From a virus (Duplodnaviria; Heunggongvirae; Uroviricota; Caudoviricetes): a stretch of 39,664 nucleotides of DNA. The position numbers and the translations under genes were made by a program. Below are positions 8,199-19,456 of this stretch, piece after piece. The stretch covers positions 1-39,664 of IMG/VR virus record IMGVR_UViG_2563366953_000005. One strand, written 5' to 3'. Every line of letters begins with the position of its first letter. Position 1 is the stretch's first letter. The notes below the pieces were generated by a model. It was not told the origin of the DNA and made no database searches. It saw only the letters and a list, made by a program, of their open reading frames with translations.

Positions 8199-10673
8199 TT
8201 ATTGCGGAGTGACATCCTGAGGTCGCCACCAGTATGTCTGGTTAAACTCTTTCTTCGAACGTTGCTCCATTTTACGCAAATAGCCTGGTGAAAAATACTC
8301 CTGCATCTGGTTAAAGATCATGTGATCGAGAGCCGCCTTCAAGTACCAGAGATTCGCACCAGGCATCAGGCCTTTCCCCAGCTTAACCAGATCACCACCA
8401 GTCTGCTCATTCTTCCCTTCCACAGCATTTAACGGTATGCCCTGAGAAATCTTCACTACGTCATCAACCAGACCAGCTACCGGGCCAAGCATCGACGCCA
8501 GCGCGCCGCTTCCGTACCTAGTGTGATCTGACAATAAAAAGTCACCGTAAAGGCCAAGACCACCACCTTTCAGTAGAGCACCAAGCCAAAATTTAGCAGC
8601 ATCTTCTCCTGTCATCTCGCGAGGATTACGACCAGACGCAAGGTCGTTAAGTTGCTGCGACAAAGCGCCAAGAATGGTCGTACTGGCAATAAACGTCGCA
8701 ATATATGCCGCACGCCCACCAGCAGACGGCATACCCATAGCGCGTGACCAGTGACGCATAACCACCGAGATAGGGAACGATTTAAACAGGAAAACACTTC
8801 TCGTTAATTCACCTTTCCATGTTCCACGCTGAATACCAGAACCGGTTATCAGTTGCTCACGTGCTCCCGGTGTAATAACAGCCATATCAACTTCTTCAGT
8901 TACGGCACCGAGCAGTTTACGCATTGCCTCAAATTTCACGCGTTCAGGCTCACCAAGATGTTTAACTGCTGAATCAGGGATACGCATAATGCTTTCCGGT
9001 GTCAGCATCGTATTATTACCGTCCCCCCAATCCTCCTGTTGTGCCAGCTTCCATACGCTCCAGTCTGTGTCAGTAATCCCTTTGCTTTTCAGGATACGAA
9101 AATCAGAGTCATCGAGGCTACGAAGGTCTGGTGTCCGTGACACTACTTCTCCCAGGCTTCCCATCATGGTTACGCCATAGGCGCGCTTGTGCGCATCTGA
9201 CCATGCTGTAAGCCCACTGGCACGCATTACCGCCGTTGCCGCCCAACGAGACACTGACGGCCCCATATTATCCATCGCCCAGCGGTTAACGCTGCCAAGT
9301 AGAGATTCCATCGCCAGACCAGCGCGGCGCGCCCGCGCAAGTTCTGTACGGTTCGTTGGGTCCATAGCTTCAAGCTGGTTGCGGAATAACTGGTTCATTG
9401 GAAGGTTGGTCACCTTCGCAGACAGATACATGGTTCCAAGATCAGAGAACGATGATAGCAACGCAGATCCGAGTCTGCTGGCAACCAGCCAGTTGCGGAT
9501 ATTGTCAGACCATCGCGCGATGTGCGGATTCGCTACAGGCTGTGTCTTTCCGGAAATAAAGTTGTACAGATTCTCTGTGTTGTTCGCCAGCCGCTCGACT
9601 TTACCGGTTTTACTCGGGTTAGCTGTTGCCGTTTCTGCCTTCACCTGATCAAGAAGAGAGCGGAAAACATGATCGGGGTTTGGGCCATATGTTTCCACCA
9701 GTGCAATATCTTTACTGATACCTTCCAGGTGACCGACCATGATTTCCCATAGAGAGCGATCGCCATAAAGTTGCTGATATTGCAGATAGGAATCTGCATC
9801 TTTGAAATGTATCTGTCGTGATGCATTACCACGGTTAGCACGTGCGCCGGAAATTCGCATTCCGGTATCAGTAAGCTTATTCAGCCCACCAGTAGCGATC
9901 GTGTTATAAGCCTCTCCAAGAAATGCAGACAACTCGGCATCGTTCATCAGTTGTCCATCGGCTCGGATATAATATTTGCGATCCAGCTTACCTATAACAT
10001 CGCTAACCCACTTATCCTTTGATACCGCCCCAACCTTTTCCATAGAATGATGTTGAGGGAACCCCCAGTTTTCGAGATAGCCAATGTCCCCACCAGCATC
10101 ATTAAACCGGCGGCGCAGTAGATCTGTCACTTCTCTCCACGCCTTAGCACCTTTTCTTGCTTTAGCATTGCCAGTATTTTGCCCTCGCATTTCATATACC
10201 AGGTCACGTACGCCCGCTTCATCTTCAAACAGACCAAAAAAGCGAGGATCAACTGCTTCGAATGCCTCCTGCAATTGACTCAATGCATAATCACGAGTGG
10301 CTTTTGTTCTGGACTCAACAGAGAGGAAATTCGATTTACCGTCTGCATTAAAAGCAATAGTACGGTTAAGAGCGCCAAGTTTCCCATCAGCCCCTTGATA
10401 GCTATTGATAAATTTATCCAATCTCTGACGTGCGGCTATAGTGAGGGCCACACGACGTTTCTTTAATGCCGCTTCTCGCTGTAATTCTTCAGATGCCAAT
10501 TGTGCTGCACGATATAGCCGCTCTGATTCGGAAAGTTGTCTCCACGACATCGGGTCATCACGAGCAATGGAGCGCATATTTCGATAAATGCGGTCTTCAA
10601 TGTTCTGTATTTCTCGCGCCGTTAACGTGCGCTGCGCCGCCTGCTGGACCGCTTGTATACATTCCTGTCTCAT
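8199..10673 (-). CDS. Internal virion / ejection protein (large)
   Basis: 824 aa; position after the other internal-protein genes and before the tailspike, as for the large ejection proteins of T7-like podoviruses; no specific catalytic motif recognised. Confidence 0.45.
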   Translation of the reverse strand: MRQECIQAVQQAAQRTLTAREIQNIEDRIYRNMRSIARDDPMSWRQLSESERLYRAAQLASEELQREAALKKRRVALTIAARQRLDKFINSYQGADGKLGALNRTIAFNADGKSNFLSVESRTKATRDYALSQLQEAFEAVDPRFFGLFEDEAGVRDLVYEMRGQNTGNAKARKGAKAWREVTDLLRRRFNDAGGDIGYLENWGFPQHHSMEKVGAVSKDKWVSDVIGKLDRKYYIRADGQLMNDAELSAFLGEAYNTIATGGLNKLTDTGMRISGARANRGNASRQIHFKDADSYLQYQQLYGDRSLWEIMVGHLEGISKDIALVETYGPNPDHVFRSLLDQVKAETATANPSKTGKVERLANNTENLYNFISGKTQPVANPHIARWSDNIRNWLVASRLGSALLSSFSDLGTMYLSAKVTNLPMNQLFRNQLEAMDPTNRTELARARRAGLAMESLLGSVNRWAMDNMGPSVSRWAATAVMRASGLTAWSDAHKRAYGVTMMGSLGEVVSRTPDLRSLDDSDFRILKSKGITDTDWSVWKLAQQEDWGDGNNTMLTPESIMRIPDSAVKHLGEPERVKFEAMRKLLGAVTEEVDMAVITPGAREQLITGSGIQRGTWKGELTRSVFLFKSFPISVVMRHWSRAMGMPSAGGRAAYIATFIASTTILGALSQQLNDLASGRNPREMTGEDAAKFWLGALLKGGGLGLYGDFLLSDHTRYGSGALASMLGPVAGLVDDVVKISQGIPLNAVEGKNEQTGGDLVKLGKGLMPGANLWYLKAALDHMIFNQMQEYFSPGYLRKMEQRSKKEFNQTYWWRPQDVTPQ

Positions 10674-10678
10674 TTAAT

Positions 10679-12481
10679 TTAACCTCTCAAGAAACACGCC
10701 ACAGCGACATCAAACAGGCTGGAATCCTGTATTGCCTGCTCACTTTCCCTGTTCGCTTCATCCAGTACTTCACGCGCACTGCGCGATTGTGGATTACCAT
10801 CATCATCCAGCACGGTGATTATCATGTCCGGAGATTCAAGCAGCGAGTCTTCAGCTATACGCAGATCAATATCTCCTGCCGGATCTGCCATCATTTTTTG
10901 TTCTGTCTGTTGCAATATCTTACCGGGCTCAAAAGGAGCTACTTCGTCTGGCGTCCTGACCTCTGCTGTTTTATAGAATGAAACAGCCTGAGCATTAAGT
11001 TCACTTTCTGCCTGCTGTCGTCGTGCCAGTTCTGCTCGAGCTTCAAAAAACTGACCTCCAGGCTCGTGCGGCGCCAACGCGTTACGAGAAAATTCCAGGC
11101 GTTCTTGTGCCTGCCGGATTCGTTGGTCAATATCGCGAAGTCTGGCCTGTTTATCTGATCGAGCACGAGATAAAGCCTTACCGCTACCGGTTGGCTCTTC
11201 TGCAAGAATTTGTGCGCGCTGTTCAGTGAGATTTTCAATAATTCGTTGGCTATTAGCGATTTCAGACTGGTAAACCTGTCTATCGCCACGCGACAAAAGC
11301 TGCGCGGCCTGTTCTTCAAGCAACCGATTTTCTATAGCGCGCGCCGTTACTCCATCATCTACAGATGACAGAGCCTCATTAACTGCCTGAGACAGCAGAC
11401 TCTTGCGCCCAGGAATTTCACTGAAAGATGCAGACTCAACAATGCTGGCAACGTCTACAGGTCTCCCCTGGCTAACATCAGACATGGCTTTTCGCAGAGC
11501 CTGAATGTGCGAATTACGCGAAAGCACGTTGATCGGAACGCCGGGAGCAATATCAATTTCAGCATGATGAGCGGCATTCGCCGCCAGTGCAGCATCGATA
11601 TCAACTGGTGAAAAATTTGGTGCGCTTGTAGACTCGCCGCGAGAGTTAATAAATCTGCCGACACCACCAAACGCCACCCCAAGAACAGCATCAATAGCAA
11701 TTGCCTGTCGATCCAACACATCATACTGGTTAGCCATTTCGCTATAGCCACCATCACGAAGCGTTTTTGCAGTAAGCCCACGCTGTGCCATACCGAACGC
11801 AATATTTGTACCTGCGGCATAGGCAATATCTGGCGTTGCACGTACTGCTGTTGCTGCGGCGCGTCGCACTGAACTTTCACCCGTCCGCGCAAGCTGAGCC
11901 GCCACACCTTCCGCCAGCGCACCACCAGCACGTAACCCGAGGCTCATAGGGATCAGTGTTCCGGCACCAGCAGTAATGCCCTGCACTAATCCCGCTTCCT
12001 GCGCCGTCCTGAAATCAACACCCTGTGCTGTCAGCCGTTCAAACTCAGAAAAACCCTGTAGCGAAGTTACCGCCGCTGCACCTCCGACAGGACCACCGAG
12101 CGTTGTACCGACAACAGCCTGCCCGCCCATATCGAACAACCCATAAAGAACCTGCCCGGCGGTTCCGGTTGTCGCGGCATCAGGCGTCAGCCGCTTAACC
12201 TGCTGCTCTGCTAGTTTTCTCTGCTCGGCAATGTATGAAACTGAAGTATCATTGAGCGAGGTGTTTTCGTTAATAAACTGAGCAATCTGGGATACGATTT
12301 TATCCATCCCTGCCCATAGCAACTGATCTGGCTTTGCCACCAGCCCGGAGTACAAACCAGACAATGCCGCTCCTACAGCATTGTCGAAAAAACCAACATC
12401 GCTGTTAAAGCCCGCTGGATTTGATGCTGCTTCGTCAAGTTGCTGATTCTGGTTTACTGGATTAAGGCCAAAGTAACTCAT
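10679..12481 (-). CDS. Internal virion protein
   Basis: 600 aa, Ala/Gly-rich with coiled-coil segments; synteny within the structural operon. Confidence 0.45.
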   Translation of the reverse strand: MSYFGLNPVNQNQQLDEAASNPAGFNSDVGFFDNAVGAALSGLYSGLVAKPDQLLWAGMDKIVSQIAQFINENTSLNDTSVSYIAEQRKLAEQQVKRLTPDAATTGTAGQVLYGLFDMGGQAVVGTTLGGPVGGAAAVTSLQGFSEFERLTAQGVDFRTAQEAGLVQGITAGAGTLIPMSLGLRAGGALAEGVAAQLARTGESSVRRAAATAVRATPDIAYAAGTNIAFGMAQRGLTAKTLRDGGYSEMANQYDVLDRQAIAIDAVLGVAFGGVGRFINSRGESTSAPNFSPVDIDAALAANAAHHAEIDIAPGVPINVLSRNSHIQALRKAMSDVSQGRPVDVASIVESASFSEIPGRKSLLSQAVNEALSSVDDGVTARAIENRLLEEQAAQLLSRGDRQVYQSEIANSQRIIENLTEQRAQILAEEPTGSGKALSRARSDKQARLRDIDQRIRQAQERLEFSRNALAPHEPGGQFFEARAELARRQQAESELNAQAVSFYKTAEVRTPDEVAPFEPGKILQQTEQKMMADPAGDIDLRIAEDSLLESPDMIITVLDDDGNPQSRSAREVLDEANRESEQAIQDSSLFDVAVACFLRG

Positions 12482-14991
12482 TGCGGAATATCTCCGGAGA
12501 ATCTCTGACGCTTCTGTGTCAGATCAAGAACAACGGGAGAACCATCATCTTTTAGCAGATAACCAGTACCAAGTTTCACCAGGTACTGACTATCGCCGTA
12601 ACTTTGCAAACCATACTGACCAGGCGGTGTTTTTATCCCTGTGCCAACAACTTGTTCATTCCAAGCCTGATTAACCTGCTTATCGAATTGCTCTGCAGAC
12701 ATTCCCCACGGCAAAAGAACATTCCCCATTCCGTTATAGTCATGCACGCCACCTGTAGCTACGTTAACAGCCTGTTTCCAGATATCATTGTCAATTTCGC
12801 CTGATACCACGCCTTTTTTCGCCATCACACCAGCGTAATAGTCCTTTGCGATCTCGTATGCCATTGATGCCCCCTGAGCATCACCAGCAAATGCATCCTT
12901 CACCATGTCAGAAAACTCAAGGCGAAGATCAGCATCTTTAGGCATCGGAATACCTTTCGCGTCATCAGTACCTTTACGAGCCGCCGCGCCAGCAAGAATT
13001 GTCTGCGCAGCGGTTTCAGGAGACACGGAAACATCCGGATTAAACCAGTTTTTTTCTGCCAAAATACCACCTGGCTTATCCATCAGTATCCCGGCAACGG
13101 CAGCAGATGGAGCGTTGGCACTGATCTGCTGTAGTGCTGACATATACACCTGCCCACCACCAGTGCTCTGCCTGATGGTATCGAGATATGCTGCCTGTTG
13201 GGAAACGGGCGCATCACGAAAGAAAACACCGATCTGATTGGCCTCGTCTTTGGAAAAGAACGTCAGTGGAGTGCCATATGACTTAGCAAGGTCACTGACC
13301 TGAGCAGCACGCAAGGCAACACTCTGTCCAAAGTTATCCTTATTGCTCATGTCGATAGGCTTTGCCTGTCCGGCGGCAAGAGAGAACTGTACAGGATCAG
13401 CCTGTCGCTGCTTTATCACCTGACTTGCAGCCGACACAACGTTGTCATAAAGAGCTGCGCGTGCCGCATACCCCTCCCCTGTCTCACCAGTATCCGGGCG
13501 TAATTGCTCAACATATGCTGTAATGCTGCTTGTCGGCATGTTGCGGAAAGAGCCTATATACTGTCCAGCGATCTGCGTATTTCTGAACTCGGTATATCGC
13601 AGGTTTCCTTCTCTGACGCCATAAGCTGCAATAAAATCAGCCTCACCTGGTGGGTTAGGAAATTCAACGCCACGCATATACGCAGCCGTCGCATCGCGAA
13701 CCTGGCTGTCAATCATCGTTTTATATTCAGCCTGCTGCTGCCGACGCAGTTGATCCGCCTGCCGCATAAAACTTGCCTGAGCCTCAGGAGATGCCGCATC
13801 GAATGCTGCATTACCGGTATAGCGTTTGGTGTTGGTTGGAATTGTTGATAAACCAAGTGCTGCACTGACACCAGCAGTTAACTGCTGATCACTGTATGGC
13901 TGGCTACCGTTCTCATGATGGATAATGGCTGCACAAAGCGCCTTCAGGGTATCAGGATTTGATGCATCGAGAGGCTCATCAGCAGAAACGCCAAGTTGTT
14001 CGCACACTGCTTTGATATACGACATAGTGTCATTTTTATCAGTAGGCGGTGCCCAGCGATTAATTATCTCGCTGACGGTATCAATACCCTGCCGCTGATA
14101 CGACATCAGGTTCCGCCCTAATGCACGAATCCCGTGTTCAGGTGTTTCGAATTTAGCAAATCTACCATCATCACCGGTCTGGCCTACCCACGGATTAGTT
14201 TTGCTGTATTCGAGATTTCCGGGGTTATTGTTGCGTATGCCACGGACACGCTCGGAAGAGCCACTATCTGTTACAGCACGGCGAGCTCCAGCAGCAGTAT
14301 CACTTAACTCGCCATTACTTTGGATGAATGCGGTCGCATTGTTTGCCGACCACTGGGACAATGCTGCATCAGCAACCTTCTCTTTAAACTCGATTTTCTT
14401 GGCCTGTATTTGCTCGTCGCTCCAGCCATGTGCAGCACCGTACTCCTCAATTTGCTGGAAAGTTTGCTTATTAGCCAATACGTATGCGGCATTGTCGCCA
14501 TACAATGCTGCGGCATTTTTACCATTGTTCAGCAGCGTCGCCTGAAACTGACCTTCTTCGTAGGCATTAATTTGCCCTATCTCGTGCCGCCCGGCCTGCG
14601 TAGTGAACTGAATGCGCTGCTGCTGTGCCTGCTGCATGAAAGCATTACGAGCCTGTTCATCCGGCAGCGACATAGCCAGTTGCTCGACCTGGGCATCAAA
14701 CTGCTGCGTATACTCCTGACCTTTTCCAATAGCATTTTTCCCTTTCAGGTTAAGCAAACCTGTTTCAGGGTTATTCAGCAGATCGCTGCTTATCTGGCTT
14801 AAGCTAAGAGAAGCATCCTGAGCCATAGCAACATTCGCACGCTGTTTTGCCTGCGCAATAATACCTGCATATTGCTCTGCAACATCGCCAAGTACATCAC
14901 CGACATTTGGTGTCTGAAACGATGAGAATCCCTGCGTCGAAATCCCTCTGCTCTGAACCTGACGGCCCGATGTTGTTGGTACAACTGGCAT
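12478..14991 (-). CDS. Internal virion protein (possibly with a cell-wall-binding/hydrolase-like domain)
   Basis: 837 aa; synteny; contains the segment NNNPGNLEYSKTNPWVGQ...RWAPPTD that I associate with phage structural proteins, function not assigned with certainty. Confidence 0.45.
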   Translation of the reverse strand: MPVVPTTSGRQVQSRGISTQGFSSFQTPNVGDVLGDVAEQYAGIIAQAKQRANVAMAQDASLSLSQISSDLLNNPETGLLNLKGKNAIGKGQEYTQQFDAQVEQLAMSLPDEQARNAFMQQAQQQRIQFTTQAGRHEIGQINAYEEGQFQATLLNNGKNAAALYGDNAAYVLANKQTFQQIEEYGAAHGWSDEQIQAKKIEFKEKVADAALSQWSANNATAFIQSNGELSDTAAGARRAVTDSGSSERVRGIRNNNPGNLEYSKTNPWVGQTGDDGRFAKFETPEHGIRALGRNLMSYQRQGIDTVSEIINRWAPPTDKNDTMSYIKAVCEQLGVSADEPLDASNPDTLKALCAAIIHHENGSQPYSDQQLTAGVSAALGLSTIPTNTKRYTGNAAFDAASPEAQASFMRQADQLRRQQQAEYKTMIDSQVRDATAAYMRGVEFPNPPGEADFIAAYGVREGNLRYTEFRNTQIAGQYIGSFRNMPTSSITAYVEQLRPDTGETGEGYAARAALYDNVVSAASQVIKQRQADPVQFSLAAGQAKPIDMSNKDNFGQSVALRAAQVSDLAKSYGTPLTFFSKDEANQIGVFFRDAPVSQQAAYLDTIRQSTGGGQVYMSALQQISANAPSAAVAGILMDKPGGILAEKNWFNPDVSVSPETAAQTILAGAAARKGTDDAKGIPMPKDADLRLEFSDMVKDAFAGDAQGASMAYEIAKDYYAGVMAKKGVVSGEIDNDIWKQAVNVATGGVHDYNGMGNVLLPWGMSAEQFDKQVNQAWNEQVVGTGIKTPPGQYGLQSYGDSQYLVKLGTGYLLKDDGSPVVLDLTQKRQRFSGDIPQ

Positions 14992-15003
14992 CTTATTATC
15001 CCC

Positions 15004-15543
15004 TTATCGACCGGTTGGAGTGCCAACAGCAGCAGAAATCGGCGCAGCCTTCTGAGAGAATGGGCTCCACGTTCCTCCGCCCATCTGGTATGCACCGTAT
15101 GCTTTTAGTGGTGCTGTTAACAAAGTGCTGGTCATCGATGATTTAGCAGCCGACTGAGCAGCAGCCCCCTGTGCCTGAGCATTCATTCCCTGAACCTGAT
15201 ACCCATATGCCTCACGCTGAGCATTATTCACTGTCGTTAACGCATCAAGAGTGCCGAACTGAGCATTATCCGCAAAAACGTCAAGAGATGTTCCGCTACT
15301 TAATTCCGCACCGGTAGCCCCCATAGTAGCCGCCGCAGTGCCTGAGCGTTGACGCATTTCACGACGACGCTGATCTGCTTCAATATTCCCACGATTGATT
15401 GAATCCTGTGCCTGAGCTTCAGCAATTTCAGCATTCCGATCAGCTATGGCTGACTGGTATTTTGCCTGCTTGCTCTGGCTGTACATTGACGCGGCTGTGG
15501 ATGCCACTGTGACGGCAACCAAAGCGATGGCTGGGTTACACAT
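15004..15543 (-). CDS. Internal virion protein (small, Ala/Gln-rich)
   Basis: 179 aa; hydrophobic N-terminus then low-complexity A/Q/G-rich sequence; synteny. Confidence 0.4.
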   Translation of the reverse strand: MCNPAIALVAVTVASTAASMYSQSKQAKYQSAIADRNAEIAEAQAQDSINRGNIEADQRRREMRQRSGTAAATMGATGAELSSGTSLDVFADNAQFGTLDALTTVNNAQREAYGYQVQGMNAQAQGAAAQSAAKSSMTSTLLTAPLKAYGAYQMGGGTWSPFSQKAAPISAAVGTPTGR

Positions 15544-16007
15544 TATTTTCTCTCCATGTGAAATCTGTGGAAATTAAGACCAAGAGCACCATAAGGCGCG
15601 GCTTCTTCAAGCCTGAATCCAAGCCAGTGCAGCCATGCTTTGGCAACATGGTTTCGCTCGTCAACGTAGTTTTCCAGGCGCGGATAAACTGCCAGCATCT
15701 GCTGCAATACAGGGCGGCAGTGGCGAAGAAATGTCTTCTGATATTTTTCAATACGGCTGGTTCCGACCAGCCAGGGCGTACCATTGCCACCGATCATTGA
15801 CGCCGGAGATACGCCAAACATGGTTACCAGTTCTCCGTTCGCAAATCCTGACCAGGCCATAGTCGCAGTACGCAGACCAACACGCAGCGCATCTTCGGTA
15901 GTCATCAGTGATACCGCATACAGTTCGTCAATATCAGCCTGACGAACATCCGGCAAAATCATCTGAAGATGCTCTTCGGTTGCGGGAATAATTTGAACAC
16001 TGATCAT
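15543..16007 (-). CDS. Virion-associated protein of unknown function
   Basis: 154 aa; start overlaps stop of the upstream gene; synteny between the tail tubular B-like gene and the internal virion protein genes. Confidence 0.4.
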   Translation of the reverse strand: MISVQIIPATEEHLQMILPDVRQADIDELYAVSLMTTEDALRVGLRTATMAWSGFANGELVTMFGVSPASMIGGNGTPWLVGTSRIEKYQKTFLRHCRPVLQQMLAVYPRLENYVDERNHVAKAWLHWLGFRLEEAAPYGALGLNFHRFHMERK

Positions 16008-18478
16008 CAGAATCCCCCAACAGTAAGGCGAGGAATAACGGCAAGAACAGACAGCGGCAACGGATCAAGCTGACGGATTTTTACACGTCCGTTTTTACCC
16101 CAGTTACTGTCCAGTTTCACTTCTACTTTTCCGGTAGCATCATCAACAGGATCATCGTAGAACTCGAATTCACGCTGTGGATATTCGTACCATTTACCGC
16201 CGGGCGTAGTCGCCCAGATGCCGCGACTGGCATTCACAACCAGAGTAACGGAGGGGATCACCTGTTTTTTGTCCAGCAGCGTTTCCTGTCCGTTAATGTT
16301 GATATCCAGTGTTTCGAATTCAGCAGTTATTGGCAGGCCGATGTGCACTACAGTCCCCGGAGATTCCAGCGTGACGGCACCTCCGGAAACCACTTTCTGT
16401 GGTTCCACGTTCGCATCAGAGAGAATGTTTACGGTCTGGCCTTCAAGATGAGACAGGCCTCCAAATGTCCGGCGCGCCATCTGCCAGTTCGTGGTGGCCA
16501 CATTCCTGAGGGATGGCGGGACGTTCCTGTTAGCACGAACCACTACTGCGGTATTGCTGGTTACAGAAATAATGTCGCAACGTAATTCTTTTGACACTTC
16601 ATAGCCAGTATCAGGATCAGCTCCGGTATAAGGGAACTGTAGTTGCGCACCAACATCACTACTGGTGAAGTACGCACCACCAGAAACACTGATTGTATAT
16701 TCCGCGCGGTAATCCCATTCGCCAGAACCACCAGTGATGGTCATCGTTCTGTCAGACGTGTTTCTTCCATCATAGCTAAGGCCAGAATCAACAAAGAAAG
16801 CATCTTCATCGCTGGTAAATAAACGGCTGGACAGTCGCTCGATGTATCTCACTGTTTGCCCGTTAACGGTTCGGTTAACGACGAAATACACCGCATCTTC
16901 ATTTCCTTCGCTGATACTGCATGTGCTTTCATATTTTCCGGTACTGGATTGTGGTGCCCATGCAAAAACCTGCTGATCACGCAAATAGGTCATCACCAGT
17001 AATTTACCGTCATCACGAATGCAGAAGGCGCTGGAGTAAGGGACAATAGAGAAGCACCAGTCAACAATGCTGTGCTTCTGAAAAAGATGATTGGCAAGGA
17101 TGGTCAGGTCGTTCCCCTGATAGCCGTCAACATCGAATGAGTAGGCCAGATCACGGACAACACTGCCTTTCTCCTGGACGAACAGAGCAATATTCGCCAC
17201 GGCAATTGGTGGGACGTTGCTTGAGCCATTTGATCCCTGAGAGCTGAATGCAAATGATGATGGGGTTAACACTTTGTTCTGGTCGCCGGTGATGACGTAC
17301 TCACCTCCGGAAGTCAGTGCCACCAGCGAACCGACATCAATCAGGTGGCGGATCTCATTAACCTGACGCCCGGCATAGGTGTAGATAATTCTGTCGTCAT
17401 CCTGCGTAGGATTGCTTTTGCCAAAATCCTTATAATCCCCAGTACGGCTGGCCCAGATAGTCTGAGGGAACGCTGTCGATGCGGCGAAGTAAAGACGTTG
17501 TTGATAATAAACAACCGTGCCAGGATAACCGTTAACACTGTTCCAGGCATATTTAGCCCATTTATAGCTGGCATTATCCTCGCCAACGACCTGCGAAGGG
17601 ATATAGGAAATCACCTCAGCAGTTGCAGTAGTGCCATTTACAGCAGTTATACGGGCAATGCCAAAACCACTGTGCAGATACTCCCACTCAATGCCAGTAT
17701 CATCATCACCGGATCCGCCCCAGCCATCCCATGATGTGCCTTCTGTATGCGAAGGGCGCAAAGTGCCTGTTTTGCCTGCTGTAACGGCGCGATAGTAGTT
17801 ACTGTCTGCACGGCGAATATCGCCAATCGACGTACTCTTACTGGTTTCCCATACCGGCACAGAATCCACTGCAGGCTGTTCCAGATAGAACAATTTGCCT
17901 ACCTGCTCCGCGCCAAAAATAGAGGCGCTTGCCGTTAACGTAATTGTCCCGGTGCTGGCGCTGGCATAAACCGTCACTGACTCATCAATATTGATATCTT
18001 CAAATGGCCCGTTCTTCGTTACCACATCAACCAGTTGCCAGTTGTCATGCGCATAGCGGCGCAGCTCTTTCGGCGGGTATGCCGGGTGAACCAGCGTAAG
18101 CACGTCGGCGCTTTGCGTGAATTTAATTCGGAACAGATCGGCTTCAGTATATGGCGTGGCAATTTCATAAATAACATTGCTGCTGTTCAGCACCAACGCA
18201 CCATCTTTGATAACGCGCATGTACTGGTGTCCGAACTCCAGAGCATAAGTCTGAACCGTCGAGAATTGGAACGGGATCAGGCGGCATTTCCGATTTGGGT
18301 ATTTGGCGGCACCGACAAAACGCGTACCAGGTCGATTCTCAACGCCGCCATACTGCCGCACGATAAAGTTATCGCACTTGCGCAATGCTACCTGGTACTT
18401 CGCCATGTCAATACGCCCGTACAACGACGGTCCAATCTCACCACCGGCAAAGCTGGGCTGGATCCAACTGATAGCCAT
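16007..18478 (-). CDS. Tail tubular protein B-like (nozzle)
   Basis: 823 aa; immediately downstream of the tail tubular A-like gene; N-terminus MAISWIQPSFAGGEI resembles the start of podovirus nozzle proteins; size matches. Confidence 0.5.
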   Translation of the reverse strand: MAISWIQPSFAGGEIGPSLYGRIDMAKYQVALRKCDNFIVRQYGGVENRPGTRFVGAAKYPNRKCRLIPFQFSTVQTYALEFGHQYMRVIKDGALVLNSSNVIYEIATPYTEADLFRIKFTQSADVLTLVHPAYPPKELRRYAHDNWQLVDVVTKNGPFEDINIDESVTVYASASTGTITLTASASIFGAEQVGKLFYLEQPAVDSVPVWETSKSTSIGDIRRADSNYYRAVTAGKTGTLRPSHTEGTSWDGWGGSGDDDTGIEWEYLHSGFGIARITAVNGTTATAEVISYIPSQVVGEDNASYKWAKYAWNSVNGYPGTVVYYQQRLYFAASTAFPQTIWASRTGDYKDFGKSNPTQDDDRIIYTYAGRQVNEIRHLIDVGSLVALTSGGEYVITGDQNKVLTPSSFAFSSQGSNGSSNVPPIAVANIALFVQEKGSVVRDLAYSFDVDGYQGNDLTILANHLFQKHSIVDWCFSIVPYSSAFCIRDDGKLLVMTYLRDQQVFAWAPQSSTGKYESTCSISEGNEDAVYFVVNRTVNGQTVRYIERLSSRLFTSDEDAFFVDSGLSYDGRNTSDRTMTITGGSGEWDYRAEYTISVSGGAYFTSSDVGAQLQFPYTGADPDTGYEVSKELRCDIISVTSNTAVVVRANRNVPPSLRNVATTNWQMARRTFGGLSHLEGQTVNILSDANVEPQKVVSGGAVTLESPGTVVHIGLPITAEFETLDININGQETLLDKKQVIPSVTLVVNASRGIWATTPGGKWYEYPQREFEFYDDPVDDATGKVEVKLDSNWGKNGRVKIRQLDPLPLSVLAVIPRLTVGGF

Positions 18479-19086
18479 CAGGACAACCTCGCAATGGTAA
18501 ACTCATCAACCGGTGGCTGTGGTTCCTGTGATTCATTCTGGCTATGCGAGCCAGCACTAAGAATCACGCGATTGTACATATTGAGGGCAAACGTACCGAG
18601 GTCTGCATTCCCAGTCAGCGCCATGTTAATAGCTGCCGCAAGACGCCAGGCCAACGCCTCCATAAAAATGGCATCAAACATGTTCACATCTGTAACGCGA
18701 GAGACATACTTGAGCCATGCCTGAGGCTGGTCTGTGTAGATCAACTTTCCTGTTCCGTTGGTGTCTGCACCAACTTCGTACTGAACGCGCATTGCTGCTG
18801 TTGGATTGCGTACACCAGGAAGCATAATTTCAGTAATGCGCAGACAATCTGACGGGTACTGGTACGCATATTCCCAGTCAGGCGGTGGATTGCTCGTATC
18901 TGCAAGCGCCACGCGTTTGGTAGCAAAGTTCCAGTCAAAATCAGAAAGCACAGCATCACGACAGGCCTCAAAGTGCAGCGAACATTCCCCCGCTTCCTTG
19001 CTGGCTTCCGTCAGGCTGTTAATGCTGCGGCTGTTGCCAATATTGGACAACGCACGATTACAGATCTCTACTACAGAGGCCATCAC
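18478..19086 (-). CDS. Tail tubular protein A-like (adaptor)
   Basis: 202 aa; N-terminal EICNRALSNIGNS resembles the conserved start of T7-gp11-type proteins; synteny. Confidence 0.5.
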   Translation of the reverse strand: MMASVVEICNRALSNIGNSRSINSLTEASKEAGECSLHFEACRDAVLSDFDWNFATKRVALADTSNPPPDWEYAYQYPSDCLRITEIMLPGVRNPTAAMRVQYEVGADTNGTGKLIYTDQPQAWLKYVSRVTDVNMFDAIFMEALAWRLAAAINMALTGNADLGTFALNMYNRVILSAGSHSQNESQEPQPPVDEFTIARLS

Positions 19087-19412
19087 TCACCTCCGTTACC
19101 GTACAGAGTTTCAGCCGCTGATTTTTCTACATCCCCGGAAACAGGAGCGATCGCCATATCAGTGATCTGCAGATCGGCGCTGCGATTAACGCCATCGTTA
19201 GTTTCTCTGGCAGACAGGCCTCGAATAACAGCCTTTGCAGTTATCATCACTTCCGTTCCGACGCCCTTAGGTTGCGCCTTCAGCTTATTCAATGTGTCGT
19301 TATTAAGAGTGATGCACAGCCCCCACGGGTATTCATCGCGAGTTCTGGTTTCTCCGCTCTCATCCTGGTAGCTGTCAGTGCCGGTTTTGAGGTTTACGAG
19401 TTCCATATACAC
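19083..19412 (-). CDS. Small structural/assembly protein
   Basis: 109 aa; ORF in structural operon, no recognisable motif. Confidence 0.35.
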   Translation of the reverse strand: MYMELVNLKTGTDSYQDESGETRTRDEYPWGLCITLNNDTLNKLKAQPKGVGTEVMITAKAVIRGLSARETNDGVNRSADLQITDMAIAPVSGDVEKSAAETLYGNGGE

Positions 19413-19456
19413 TCCTGCAATAAAGGGGCCGAAGCCCCTTGTCTGATCCGCGAGGC

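Noticed and set aside
9187-9648. Plus-strand 153-aa ORF, with similar antisense ORFs at 18035-18724 and 22410-23147 and many other 60-250 aa track ORFs nested in or opposite to the large structural genes
   Set aside because: They lie entirely inside or antisense to long, well-supported genes, lack RBS and have Arg/Ser/Cys-rich shadow-ORF composition.
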